DNA of 63,988 nt, counting the filler, from Ionaspis alba (Eukaryota), in NCBI GenBank assembly GCA_964255285.1. It is 10 parts of 10 records of this genome, joined end to end, with 100 filler letters (N's around TTAATTAATTAA, not from the genome) between each part and the next. Parts side by side here need not be neighbours in the genome. Positions count along the whole stretch, not along the records: positions 52,209 to 58,564 come from CAXUUL010000925.1; positions 58,665 to 63,988 come from CAXUUL010001022.1; 8 more parts are not named here. One strand, 5' to 3'. A program made the position numbers and the translations under genes. Numbering within the stretch: position 1 is the first letter of the stretch; each line of letters opens with the position of its first letter. This document shows, one piece after another, positions 52,209 through 63,988 of the stretch. The notes under the pieces were generated by a model. The model was not told where the DNA came from, did not search any database, and saw only the letters and a list, made by a program, of their open reading frames with translations.

Positions 52209-54078
52209 CATCCTCATCCTTAGCCACGTTCCTACGCTTGTTGATCTCCTTCCGCAGTCCGTTGAATTGACTCTTGATTGCCCCTCTAAGATCCAAATTC
52301 AGCACATGAGCGGCATGATACCCAGTCGTGGAGTCAGCAAGCAGCCGGTCCCCTTCTCGAAGCTGCGAACTAGCCATCTGCGAGGATGAGAATGGAGCGG
52401 AATTGTGAATTGTGAGGTGCAATTCGAATTCCTCGCCTTTCGCGTTCATGGCTGTGGAAGGTAGGAGGCCGGTACGATAGCAGAGTGAGTTGTACTCATC
52501 GATAAGGCCTTCAAGAACCAAGAGTTTGCTGTTAGCTTCTGCCTCGCGGTCCGCAACTTTCTTACGCAGTTCTTCGAGTCGGAGTTTAGCGTTCTCGACG
52601 CCCTTTTGGAGCCTCTCGCGCTCGCCATTCATTCGGTCTATGTCCTCAACGGTGATGCCTTGCTTGTCAACCGCTTTCTGCAAGTCCTTTTTCTCCTGCT
52701 GGGCGGTATTGATTTGTTTGTCCCAGTCCTCGATATCTTTCTTCAGGCTCTCGATTTTGTCATCGTACTTGAGGATTTTAGCACCGGCATTTTCATTGTA
52801 CTCTTCGAATTTGACGAGATCTTGTTTCAAAATCTCGTAGTTCTTCTCGAGCCGCTCAAGATCTGGGGTTCCTTTCTCCACCTCTGTAATTTCTCGGAGT
52901 AGAGCCGCATTGGAGGCTTCAAGGATTTTCAGCTCTTCTGCATATTCCTGGTTTCCGCGATCGAAATCTGCTGCCATGGCTTCGATGTGAGGTCTGAGCA
53001 GCTTATCGGATTCATCTTCTTCGTCATCCTCATCTGAAATTGAGAGCCAGGCTTTGTATGCGCCACTCAAAAAGCGGAATATGATTCTGTCGCCGCTGAC
53101 ATCTACTCCAGCTTGTGCACAAGCATCATCATATACGCCTTCATCGCAACGTTCCAACATTTGCGCAAGCTGCATCATCCAGTGAAGTATGCCGAGGAAA
53201 GTCGACCACGATGAGGTTGCGCCTACGGAAGTTATCATGCTCTTGGTGATATTCTTCTCGAAAGGATAACGCAGTTGCTTTAAGATTGGGGGAAGCTCGG
53301 CATCGATGCCTTTCTGGAACCGATAGGCAGGATCAATGCGATGGTATAGCCACTGAAACATTTGTTGAAAGTCTTTCCCCGTCGGCACCTTCAAAGAATT
53401 CGGACCAAGAGCATGCTTAGTTTCCATCTCAAAATTGTTCTGCGTCAAGTATATTTGTAGTTCCTCAATCATTTGGTTTTGGAAAGCCGGGTTCTTCAAT
53501 GGTCGTGGGTCTCGTGGCACACCCGCAGGCACCGGTGCTGGCGTGAAGAAAGACTGATGTCCACCCATTGGTCCCGTGGATGGCCGTGAATACAAGCTGC
53601 TCCGACGTTGTAGACTTTGAGAGCCATTCATGGGTGGCCCAATATGTGGTGTCATAGCACTACCGGGCGCATAGCTCATACGACCTTGTATTTGACTGCC
53701 AAAGAGGCTGGAAGAAGTGCGCTGGGCTGTAGAAGATCGACCCATGTCTGCGAGATTTGTGCCGGATGAGGAGCGCTGAAGTGAAGGCTGAGGAGGTCGA
53801 TTCGGGGCTATCGACATGCGAGAGGAGGACTGTGATCGGGCATGGTGAGATGTGTATGGTGGTTGTACTTGGGATTCCTTGGTGTTCGAGATGGAGGATG
53901 AGCGTTTTAAAGCTGAGGCGGGCTGAGGAATTGCGGAATTGTAGTTGAGACCCCCGAGGGTCTGCATGAGCAGAAGTCAGCATTGAACCCAACAAGACTG
54001 TCTCCCGTGTTCTTAAGGAAATGAAAGTTGTACCTCTCGTGGCCGCCGCACACTGAAGAGATGCGTGTCTTGCGACAT
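52209..54078 (-). CDS. NDC80: Kinetochore protein Ndc80/Hec1, 3' end truncated
   Basis: MSQDTHLFSVRRPRE, intron, TLGGLN. PRDPRPLK, CH domain FQWLYHRIDP...LKQLRYPF, and a long coiled coil. Confidence 0.94.
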
Positions 54079-54179
54079 CTCGACATGCGCAACACAGACG
54101 ATATTAGTGATATTATAATCACAGATTTAGCAAAAGGCAAGCATGAGACGACTGCTCTGGTCGAGCTTGTAATGTGATG

Positions 54180-54242
54180 GCGACGATTTATACAAGAAAA
54201 TGATGTTGCGACGATTTATACAAGAAAATGATGTTGCGACGA
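54180..54242 (+). repeat. 28-bp perfect tandem duplication (2.25 copies) in the divergent NDC80/PEX14 intergenic region
   Basis: GCGACGATTTATACAAGAAAATGATGTT occurs twice, followed by GCGACGA. Confidence 0.92.
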
Positions 54243-54502
54243 GGTCTCTCTGTCGATAATCGGAAACAAAGTAAACAAAAGCCTCCATTGGTCGGTATTG
54301 CGGAAGCTTGCAATGCCAAGACAAGCTCAGCCTTATGATGGTGCCGAGGTGAAAATAGTCCCCGGCCACAGAATCACGGCTGCAGTCCCATCTCAAGCAT
54401 TCGACGTCTACAAGGAAATAGAACTCTTACTGTGATATCAGAGAGCATGGGTTGCTGAATTATATTTGAAACCGTGAAGGGCATATGCCAAATATTGCCA
54501 AC

Positions 54503-55853
54503 ATGGTGAGGGAAGATCTGGTCTCATCTGCTGTAAGTCTAATGAGCTCATGGATATGTCCAAGTTATTGACAAGTAATCCAGATATCCTGTAAGTCATT
54601 GGGTCTTGTGAACTATTCGAAGCACGACGTAGTGCGTCTAACGACTACTTTCTAGTTCTCCAAGATCCTTCCGTCGCAAACTCCTCAATCGACCAGCGCA
54701 AATCATTCCTCAGATCAAAAAATCTCACACAAGAAGAAATCGATATTGCTTTTACCCGTGCAGGCGAAGACCCATCATCTTTGAATAACTCAGTGACCTT
54801 TTCTCCAACTCAATCCAATTATGGATATTCGAATCCACGGCCTGTAAGGCAAAGCGCTCCCGACGCATACGGGTATGGGCCATATCAAGGGACCCCGTGG
54901 GGTCCGCAACAGCCACAGTGAGGCCAGCCCTTGCCATAACAGTTCTGAAACAGTGAGCTGATTGTGCAAGGCCTCCTCGCCGAGATTGGCGAGACTGGTT
55001 TATCATGGCCACGGTGACTTCAGGAGTCAGCTACGGGCTCTATACAGTTGCAAAGGTAGGGGCTTAACTCGCCCACATATCTAGGTAAATGCTGATCTCA
55101 CTCGCTCAGCGCTATGTTATGCCACTCATCTCTCCACCTACCCCACCGCAACTCGAACAAGACAAAGCTTCCATAGACGCTTCCTTCACCCGAGCCTTCG
55201 ACCTTATAGATCAACTAGCTACTGACACTGCAGCCTTGAAGACCGCCGAAGCTGAGAGAACCGAGAAGTTGGATACAGCTCTCCAGGAAGTTGAGTCTGT
55301 GATCAGTGAGCTCAAGACTGCAAACAAGAGGCGAGAGGATGATAGCCGGAGGATAGGTGACGAAGTGCGGGCACTGAAAGACCTAATTCCGAAAGCGTTG
55401 GAGGGATGGAAAGCAGATGGAGATAGCAGACTGAAGGACCTCGGGACTGAGCTCAAAAGCTTGAAGATGTTGGTAGGCAACAGAGTCGGAAATCAAGCCC
55501 CGACTACCACCACTGGGCGAGCCTTTGGGTCTGGCTACGGAGGTGGTAGTGCAAGTGGAAGCAGCACTCCACGAGACTCCTACACACCTGGACTCCCGCA
55601 TACTCTAAACTCTACGAATGAAAACCCGTCAAGTCCTTCTTCATCAAGTACGGTCACGTCCAATTCGGGAGGAAGTCTGCCAAAGAGGGAAACCTCAAAT
55701 GCATTCAACTTTGATGGAAAGTCTACCAGTAGAGCTGCTATTCCTGCGTGGCAGATGGCGGCAGCTGGGAACAAGAATAAAGGGAGCGCGACACCAAGTG
55801 CTGCTAACGGGGACGAGAGTAGCAAGAGTACTGAGTCGAGTTCCGTGGAGTAG
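54503..55853 (+). CDS. PEX14: Peroxisomal membrane anchor Pex14
   Basis: MVREDLVSSA-ISF-LQDPSV...FLRSKNLTQEEI, RDWRDWFIMATV, a coiled coil and AAIPAWQMAA. Confidence 0.94.
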
Positions 55854-56450
55854 TTTGTGTAGAATGACATGCATTTCTGGGTTTATAACGTCATCTGCAT
55901 TTGTGCGAGTACGGGAACAACTGGGCATGTACACTTCTTTTTGGGGAAGCAACACTGGTCTCGGGTCTTTAGATTATTCTGCATGTTGATATGTTGCTCG
56001 CAATAGCTTGGGAAGATGCCGGTCTACTTGACAAGATTTCAAAACACGTCTTTGAGCATTTTAATAGGACAAGAAGCTGATACGGCGACAAAGGACCGAA
56101 AAGAACCGATGGCTTAGTATGGTGAAAGACAATGAGCTCGACGGCGTAAGAGCAGCGCGAAATTCCTAACATGCCTGGTTGTCGAACATAAACCTGCAGC
56201 ACATTCTGGGCCAATTCCTATCCTATCCACTATGGACGGTTTTTTGTTTCGAGATCTTTGTCAGCGTTTTCGAAATTTGTTTCTAGCCTCCAATGCTATC
56301 TCCCGTTTCGTCAGCTCTCTCGCAATTGGGAACGCATGTCAGCAGCCTTTTGTCTGAGTGATGAAAGGGCCAACGACTAATCGAAAATCCTATTCTGGCG
56401 ACTTAGAGACACTACCGGAGGTTGCTCGGCGCCTTTTCCATCCCGGACTG

Positions 56451-58564
56451 TTAAGTCTCTTCTTTTCCAAATCCCTGGAAGCTCCTACCTATATGAGAGC
56501 TCGAAGTAACCAGTGCGCCAACGTACTTGCCCTCCTTCTCATCCACTCCCATTGAGCCAAAATATTTCTTCCTCGAGATAGTCCGCTTAATTTCTCCTTC
56601 CTCAACATCAAAGAGGCCCCACTCCCGCTTCACAGCCTTCCAAACCTCGACTCCCAGTACAAACACCACCAACCCACCGACGACTAGACCCCACTCCCAT
56701 CCGATAGCCCCATGTTTGAAAATTGCCGTGTTCAACCCAGGGATATAGACAGCCGGAAAAACCGATATCGCACCCAGCACAACTGCATAGAAAAGAAACT
56801 TGTTGTCATATACATCCTTGAAAAAAGGAAACTTGCATGTCTTCTGTGTGGCAGGATCCAGACTGAACATACTACGACGGATGCTCTTGAACTCCCACGC
56901 AGAAACCAGAATCAGCCACGTCAGCTCCGCAAAAACAGCTGCACGAGCTCGGAACGCCAAGGTACAGCTCTCGCTGTGGGTCTGGTTGCAGTCGATACCC
57001 AGATCGCCGTTTCCAGCACCATAGACGATGATGACGAACGTCAGCAACGTACAGGCGCCCATGATGACACCATAAACAACCATGTCAACCAGAATCTGTG
57101 TGGTAAAAACGCCCTTTTTGTGATCATGAGGCGGTCTCCTCATGATATCTGACGCTGCTTTTTCCCTCCCGAGCCCAAATGCTGGAAAGGACGACGTCAG
57201 CATGTTGATCCACAGGATCTGCAACGGACTAAGTGGAAATACAGAAACGCCCATTTCGTCCTTGAAGCTGAGGCCAACAATCAGCAGCACCACTTCTGCC
57301 ACGTTGCTCGCTAGCAGGTGCAGGACAAATTTCTGAATGTTCGCGAACATGCGCCGACCTTCTTCAATGGCGCCAACAATACTAGCGAAGTTGTCGTCTG
57401 TAAGCACGATATCTGAAGCTCCTTTTGCCACGTCCGAGCCAGCCATGCCCATAGCGATACCCACGTCTGCCGCTTGCAGCGAAGGAGCATCATTGACACC
57501 ATCTCCGGTCATGGCCCCGAATCCCTGACGGCGATGAATGGCATTAATCATGCGAGTCTTGGTAGATGGAGCGCACCGAGCAATGACAAGGGGAAGGTAG
57601 GGCAAAGCGTCGATCTCCGAGTCAGACATGCCGTCGAACTCGGCGGCTGTTTTCACAAGCGAGTCTGCTGTGTCGCGGGGAAGGGTGCCTAAATCCTGGG
57701 GAATGATGCCGACTTCTCTGGCGATGGCTCTGGCTGTTCCGGGGTGGTCTCCTGTCAGCATGTGGACTTTGATACCTGCTTCAGCACACTCGGCGACCGC
57801 GGCTTTGGTTTCTGTGCGAGGGGGATCATAGAGGCCGAGGAGACCAAGGAAGGTCAGGCCTTTCTCGACCTCTTCTCGTGACTCTTCGAATTCGGATGCT
57901 GGGCGACGAGCGGTCGCTAAAACTCTCAAACCTTGGTCTGCAAAAGCTGTCATCTGCTCGATTACTTCCCTTTTTAAATCCTCGGACATCTCCTGCTGTC
58001 GGCCACTGAGATTGATGGATGTGCAAAGGTCGATAACACGTTCTACAGCGCCTTTAGTGAAGATCAATTTGGTGTTGGTACTCTGCTCTCGGTAGATGAC
58101 TGACATGCGCTTCACCGTGCTGTCGAAGGGAAACTCGGAGATCTGCGTCCAACCCAGAGACTCGAGATCCGTTTTTCCATAGCCGAAGCGGCTGGCAAAC
58201 ACTTGGAGTGCGACTTCAGTGGGATCTCCAGTTGTCTTCCAAACTTTGGTCTGTTTATCTTGACGAACTGTTGCTAGATTGCAAAGAGCTGTGGAAACGA
58301 GGCAAGCACAAAATTCAGGTGCGACATTGGAGGCGGTTGCCTTGCAATCAGTACTCCTTTCATTCGAGTTACCACTGTTGCTAGAACTGTAATCGTTTTT
58401 GATACTCTCGGTGCCGAGCGTGGTGTCGTTGTAGTTAGGAGGCTGCATGGTCGACTGGAAGCTCACTGTACCACTGTTGGGATCGGCAGCATCGCTGGTA
58501 TGATCAACGGTATAGGTTCCGTGTCCTGGAATCCATGCTTTTCTCGTGATCATTTGACCTTGAG
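56451..58564 (-). CDS. Na+/K+-exporting P-type ATPase (ENA, type IID), 5' part truncated; exact C-terminus uncertain
   Basis: GDPTEVAL, KGAVE, DPPR, MLTGDHPGTA, GDGVNDAPSL and NIQKFVLHLLASNVAEV (ENA-type). Confidence 0.9.
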
Positions 58565-58664
58565 NNNNNNNNNNNNNNNNNNNNNNNNNNNNNNNNNNNN
58601 NNNNNNNNTTAATTAATTAANNNNNNNNNNNNNNNNNNNNNNNNNNNNNNNNNNNNNNNNNNNN

Positions 58665-59613
58665 CCTTCTACGAGAAGATCCCGGATCACCTTCGTGACT
58701 GGGCGCTTTCTCAGCCTGTGTTCTTCACGGCTTCTGCTCCTCTTACTGGAGCTCACATTAATATATCTCCGAAGGGTCTTCCCGCCGCAACGCTATCAAT
58801 TTTCAATCCCAATCAATGTGCCTACATAGACGCTACAGTACGTAAGACGTATTTCCTAGCTCCAATGGCTCTATGTGCTATTGCTGAGCCGTACTCAGGG
58901 CTCGGGCTCAGAGACCATCTCCCACGTCTATGAGAATGGCCGAGTCACGATCATGTTTTGCTCCTTTGCTACCAATCCACGTATCTTGAGATTCTTCTGC
59001 AAGGGACGCGTGGTAGAGTATGATAAGCCGGAATTTGGGCGCTTGCTCGAGAAAATGGGCAAAAAGGAAGTCCAAGGTGCAAGGGCTGTAATCGTTCTCG
59101 ATGTCTGGAAGGCGAGTAGCTCAACTGAACGTATCATGCCAACGCGGCTGAGCTCCAAAGCAGGTTCAGACTAGCTGCGGCTTTGGAGTTCCACTGTTGC
59201 AGTCATACAAGCAGCTGGGTCTGGAGGCTGCAGATGACGAAGATGACCTCGTGTCGCAGAAAACCAATCTGTCGCCGTGGAGGGTAGATTCTATCCTTCG
59301 CTCCGAATATGGCCTTCTTTGCTGATGCCGCCAAAAGGATAGAGAAGCACTTGGTCATTTTGCCAAACGCAAGTGCGAGATGAATCAGATGCAGCAGTAT
59401 CAAGCCCAGTGGAACACCAGCAGTCTCGATGGCCTCCCCGGGCTCCAGATCGCGAGACGAGGTAGCAAGGAGTGGCTCTGGCTTGGGGACTTAATGTCGT
59501 GGACAAGGCGGATACGTTCTCAGAAAGAAAGTATTGCGTTAGGTGTTGTTATTGGTGCGCTGGTAATGTTCTTGGTGCAGAGCGCAAGTGTCTCCATAGC
59601 ATTGATTAGCTGA
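58665..59613 (+). CDS. Pyridoxamine 5'-phosphate oxidase-like FMN-binding protein with C-terminal TM segment, start just truncated
   Basis: VFFTASAPLTGAHINISPKG, GSGSETISHVYENGRVTIMFCSF, VQTSCGFGVP and NTSSLDGLPGL. Confidence 0.85.
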
Positions 59614-59886
59614 GACATAAGAGCTCCAGAAGAAGTGGTCAGCATCCGTAGACTTGTAATTACACGCGTATTTTTCCTGGGAATCAAGTCCATCCTAGGA
59701 TGCCACGGGGCATCGTATCATTACAAGATCCTGATCCACGTACCTTAACACGTCGACAGAACAACGCGAGTGGCTCACAACATGTTATGAGACAGTAAGA
59801 AAGAAAGAGATTCTATTAAGTGCAGAGAAGAACGAACCCTGGGTATCACTGATGCTATGCTATGCCAGAGTAGGTACAAAACAGAC

Positions 59887-61171
59887 TCAAAGAAAGTAGT
59901 CGTTACGCCGTCCTGTGGCCGCAGGAACTGCACGTTGCTCACTCGGCACAGCCGAGAAGATGTGAAATTTCGCTGCAAGATCCTCGCGCAGATTCATTAT
60001 CGAGGCGACGTTACCACATCGGTAGCAGTAGTTGGGCGCCGACCATACCGTAACAACAGACTTATCCTTAAAATGCCATTTGTAACCTTCGTTCACCAGC
60101 TGATGCGCTCTAGCAATCAATTGCAACCCATTGACATGATTGAATTCTGTAGCAACCTTGTCTCCGAAAAGCCATCCAGCACCGCGGGGACTGACAGCCC
60201 AGGTCTCCACATCCTCAGGGTCACTCCATACTAGATCGCAAAACGCGCCCTCATGTGGTATCTCTTGAGCACGGGCAACCACACGGATCTGATCCAAGGT
60301 CCGGATTTCAGGAGATAGACCGCCGTGAACACAGAGAACTTTGCCATCAATAACTGCGGCGAGAGGAAGAAAATCAAAGACTTGACATGCTGCTTTCCAG
60401 ACAGATGCATTGCCGTACTTTTGCTGACACTCTTCGTAGAAACCATACACTTGGGTGATTTGCCGGGATTCGTGGTTGCCGCGTATAAGAGTCATGCGAT
60501 GTGGGTAGCTGCAATGAATATCAGTAAAGGCAAAAGAAAGAGCCAAGAAAAGAGACATACCGAGCTTTGAGACAGAGTAGCAGAGTCAATGTCTCTAAAC
60601 TGAAATACCCTCGATCAACAAAATCTCCCATGAAAACGAAATTCTGATTCCCAGGTAAACCTTGAGCACCTTCTTTGCTCACACCCAAGGTACTCTCAAT
60701 ATTACGCGAACGACCGCGTTCGCCTTCATCATTATCATCATCTTCGCTGCTGATAGGATTGGAAACCTCCTCTTTGGGACTCATCTCCTCAATTGAAGAC
60801 ATCCTTATCTTTTTCTTCAACTTGGGATCTGTAATCGTAGAAGGAGGTTCGATATCCTCAGCAGTAAACACATTGGATGGTACAGGAGAAGCCTCAACAT
60901 TGACCTCACCGGGCATGCCGCCAGCGACACGCAAAAGCTCAAGTAGGTCGTAGAATTGACCGTGAATGTCACCGCATATAGTAACAGGAGTAGAAACTGG
61001 TTGTGCATTGGACTCTTCCATTAAGAGTTCTTTGCACATTTCGAATAGTTGCTTCATTATACGTTCAGGTAGATATTTATTCCTTTTCGCCGCCTCCAAC
61101 CATTCGTCAAGCTCGGCATTCTTGCTTAATCTTGCAGGTCCGGGCTGGGGGACCTTCGACGAATCTGACAT
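59887..61171 (-). CDS. SIT4: PP6-type Ser/Thr phosphatase catalytic subunit (Sit4/Ppe1)
   Basis: [53 protein letters not shown] and C-terminal YFL. One intron. Confidence 0.9.
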
Positions 61172-62163
61172 GACGCGATGCAGCAGAGGACGTTCCAAAG
61201 CGCTGTTAGAATGTATGCGATGAGCTCAAAGACGGAAGTATAGATTTGGCGGAAGATAGGTGTTGCCGAAGTGTGATCAGCTGGCCAAGCTGCTTCGAGA
61301 TCGGAGGACGACCGATGCTGATCGTTCTGTGAGCCTGGGACGATAGGATTGAGCTCTTGGGCGTCAAGCACGGGAACTCTAGGGGTGGTGAGGTCGAGGC
61401 CCCTCCTGCGATAGAGTGGGAAGGTAGCGGGACGGCGGACGACGCCTTCAAAGCTTTCTCCAGAACTGCTGCCCGGTAGAGGAGCGTCTGCTTCTAACAG
61501 TTCGGGTTCGGTGCGTGAAGGGTCAAAAGTGGCAGCGAGGACGCTCTCGATGTCTGCTTCAGAATTGCTGCGAGACCGAGGAGCTCTTCTTTCTTGATGT
61601 TCTAGTTCGGCACGGTCAAAATCGTACTCGTTGCTGGACCCTCCAGTGGCTATGGAATGGTAAAGATTCTGATCGGAGGTTCCTCCAGCTCGGCGGAGTT
61701 GAGCAAAGCGAGCAGTCTCGAAGATTTCAGGTGCAGGGGGATTACGAAGGAGTCCACAGTTGAATATGATGGAACTGGCTTCTTTAGCTAGAACGTCGAA
61801 ACGGGTCGGCGGCTGGTTGTTGGACAGAGCGTTAGGAAGCCAGCCAAAGCTTGGATCTGGAGGAGTTTGTGGGGCAAGCTGATCTGTCTGAGCTTCGTCG
61901 TCTACTTTGACTCCGTCGTCTTCTGCGGCTTCGTCGTCCGCTGTTGCTACTTCGCCAGCTTCAGCTTCGTCTTCTGCCTTAGCTTCCCCAGGCCGGACCG
62001 CGTGTTCGAGGGAGGTGCCGACTGATACTCCAGCAAAAGAACAAGAATCAGAGTGGAATGAGGTTTGACCTGTTGAAGGTTCTTGATTGTCGAGGTCGAT
62101 AGGTCCTTCGATATTCGTATAGGTGAGAGGCAAAGGGTCAGCGAGTCGGTTCTCGTCCTCCAT
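61126..62163 (-). CDS. Hypothetical acidic, disordered protein with a C-terminal hydrophobic helix; overlaps the SIT4 start
   Basis: A 345-codon ATG-initiated ORF with protein-like acidic composition. I recognise no domain. Confidence 0.5.
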   Translation of the reverse strand: MEDENRLADPLPLTYTNIEGPIDLDNQEPSTGQTSFHSDSCSFAGVSVGTSLEHAVRPGEAKAEDEAEAGEVATADDEAAEDDGVKVDDEAQTDQLAPQTPPDPSFGWLPNALSNNQPPTRFDVLAKEASSIIFNCGLLRNPPAPEIFETARFAQLRRAGGTSDQNLYHSIATGGSSNEYDFDRAELEHQERRAPRSRSNSEADIESVLAATFDPSRTEPELLEADAPLPGSSSGESFEGVVRRPATFPLYRRRGLDLTTPRVPVLDAQELNPIVPGSQNDQHRSSSDLEAAWPADHTSATPIFRQIYTSVFELIAYILTALWNVLCCIASCQIRRRSPSPDLQD

Positions 62164-62409
62164 CTTTCTATTGGGCCGAAGGGCTGCACTAGGATCGCTC
62201 TAACGTCTGGCCGGGATTGCCGAATATTAGCCGGACTAAACTATCAGAAACAGCTTCTTAACCGCAGACCAAATGTAAAGTGTGGTTGCTGATTCTTTAG
62301 TTCACGAAGTTGTGAGTTAATGTCCTGAAGTTCACGTTCGCGTCCTCGTCAACAGCTTTGTGGGCTGCGCAAGCACTTCTGCGCTACAATTTCCACTTTG
62401 GACGCAAAA

Positions 62410-63988
62410 ATGACATCTCCGGCCACAACTCCCCGCTACTCAATTGCAAAGCATCGGCCTGCACCAAGTCCTGTGCCAACACCTACTCGGACCGCAGCAC
62501 CTCGATTGAAAGTTGTAATCCGCAGACTGCCCCCTGGTCTGACGGAGCAAGAATTCTACGAAGCTCTTGGTAAGGCATGGGATGCTGGAGGGGAAAGGAC
62601 GATTTGGGCCTCCTACAGGGAAGGAAAGATATCCAAAGAGTGAGCCATAATGGTTTCAGCTTGATGGTACCTTGTGCTGATATTTTGGAAGCCCAGCAAA
62701 GCCTTCAAAGCCATCCAGAGCCTACTTTCAGCTTTCTAAGCCAGAACATCTGACTGCCCTCTCTGATAGAGTCCGAGAGACCACATTTATCGATGCCAAA
62801 GCTTCTGGGAGTGATCCTGCTCTTCTAGGTCCACCCACTGTTGAGTTTGCTCCATACGGTCGCCTACCGCATAGTAGACCTCGCAAAGATGCTCGTCAAG
62901 GGACTATTGATCAAGACCCTGAATTCATTGGCTTTCTAGAAAGCCTGACGAACCCTATTCCTCGACCTGCATTGGTGGAGGTTGATAACGGTGAAGAGAG
63001 CAAAAAGAACGAAACTAAGATGGTTACACCGTTGATTCAATCTCTTCGAGATAAAAAGGCCAATAAAGGCAAAGAGCCGCCGGTGGTCGTGAAGAGCACC
63101 AAGCACAGTCGTCAGGATTCTAAAGATAGCAAGTCGAGCCAAGGATCAGACAAAAAGACAACAACGAAAGCCGGCAAAGACAGTCCAACGCCAGTGGAGA
63201 AACGGAGTGCCAATGCTGCTCGACTTGAGAAGGTGGCTAGAGATGCAGCCAGGGTTGCGACACAGCAGGCTAAGAACATGAGCAAGGTTGCATCTACAAC
63301 TGTTCCCACTTCTCCCGTCGTTGCCAAATCACAACCTCAGCCTTCAACACCCGTAGTTCCACCAGAACGGAAGCGGGAACGGGGCAATGCCAGCGGAGTG
63401 GCAAGGATACTTCAAAGGGACCTCGGACTTGGGGGTCCTCCTAGCGGAAGGAGGAGACGAGATGTACCTAGCAGTCCAGCGAAGAATATTCCTGGGTCAT
63501 CAGCTACGGCTCCGATTCCTACAGTATCCGAATCACCCAAAGCCACACCGGTTACCACGTCTTCCACGACAACACCAGCCACGGGATCACCACTAGCTAT
63601 AGCAACCACGACTTCCACATCTGCTGTTACCTCTAAACCCTCCAACGTTGCTCCTCCAACTGGTCCCGCCTCCACCCGTTCGAATATCAATCCGAAACCA
63701 CCTCCAACTAAACCCGCCACTAGCTCCGTGAAGCCGCCTCAACAACCAAAGCAGCCCACCCCAGCACCCACGTCAACCCAAGCCTTCCTCAAACACGCCA
63801 ATCCATCTCAAGGTATCACCGAGCCTCTACTTCACGACGCCTTCTCCAAGTTCGGCCCACTCACTTCCGTAACGATAGACACCAAAAAGGGCTTTGCATA
63901 TGTCGACTTTGCAGCGCCGGAGGGGCTACAGAAAGCCATGGCTGCAAGTCCGGTCAAGGTCGCACAGGGACAGGTTGTTGTTCTAGAG
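62410..63988 (+). CDS. UPF3: NMD factor Upf3 (Smg-4/UPF3 domain plus C-terminal RRM), runs off the window end
   Basis: RLKVVIRRLPPGLTEQEF, KPSRAY, VEFAPY, DARQGTIDQDPEFIGFLE and QAFLKHANPSQGITEPLL. Confidence 0.92.

Noticed and set aside
1..63988. CRISPR arrays, intact transposases, rRNA or secondary-metabolite clusters
   Set aside because: I saw no repeat-spacer arrays, transposase/RT motifs, rRNA sequence or PKS/NRPS domains.

Overview
This is eukaryotic DNA from a filamentous ascomycete (Pezizomycotina): it has short GT-AG introns with CTRAC branch points and typical fungal housekeeping genes. The window is not one locus. It is ten unrelated scaffolds of about 6.4 kb, concatenated in descending length order with artificial 100-nt linkers (N44-TTAATTAATTAA-N44), plus two internal 100-N scaffold gaps, so adjacency across linkers has no meaning. 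I annotated 27 protein genes, several truncated at contig ends. They include an acid phosphatase, an SDR, FAA, an RKM5-like methyltransferase, RPA135, ARL8, an RCR-like protein, a dienelactone hydrolase, a SUKH/SMI1-KNR4 protein, OXP1, PCMT, CTP1, DHH1, TAF1, TGS1, GRH1, YRA1, VPS24, SBA1, an F-box-like protein, NCR1, NDC80, PEX14, an ENA ATPase, a PNPOx-like protein, SIT4 and UPF3. There are also two unassigned ORFs and an SRP (7SL) RNA gene that is absent from the ORF track. I found no clearly new multi-gene system. The best leads are: (i) a 1.1-kb YRA1 intron with a candidate poison exon, (ii) a 345-aa orphan ORF that overlaps the SIT4 start on the same strand, (iii) a SUKH-domain protein of unusual architecture, and (iv) small structured or RIP-like repeat remnants. 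Gene identities come from motif recognition, not database searches, and exon boundaries were read by eye.
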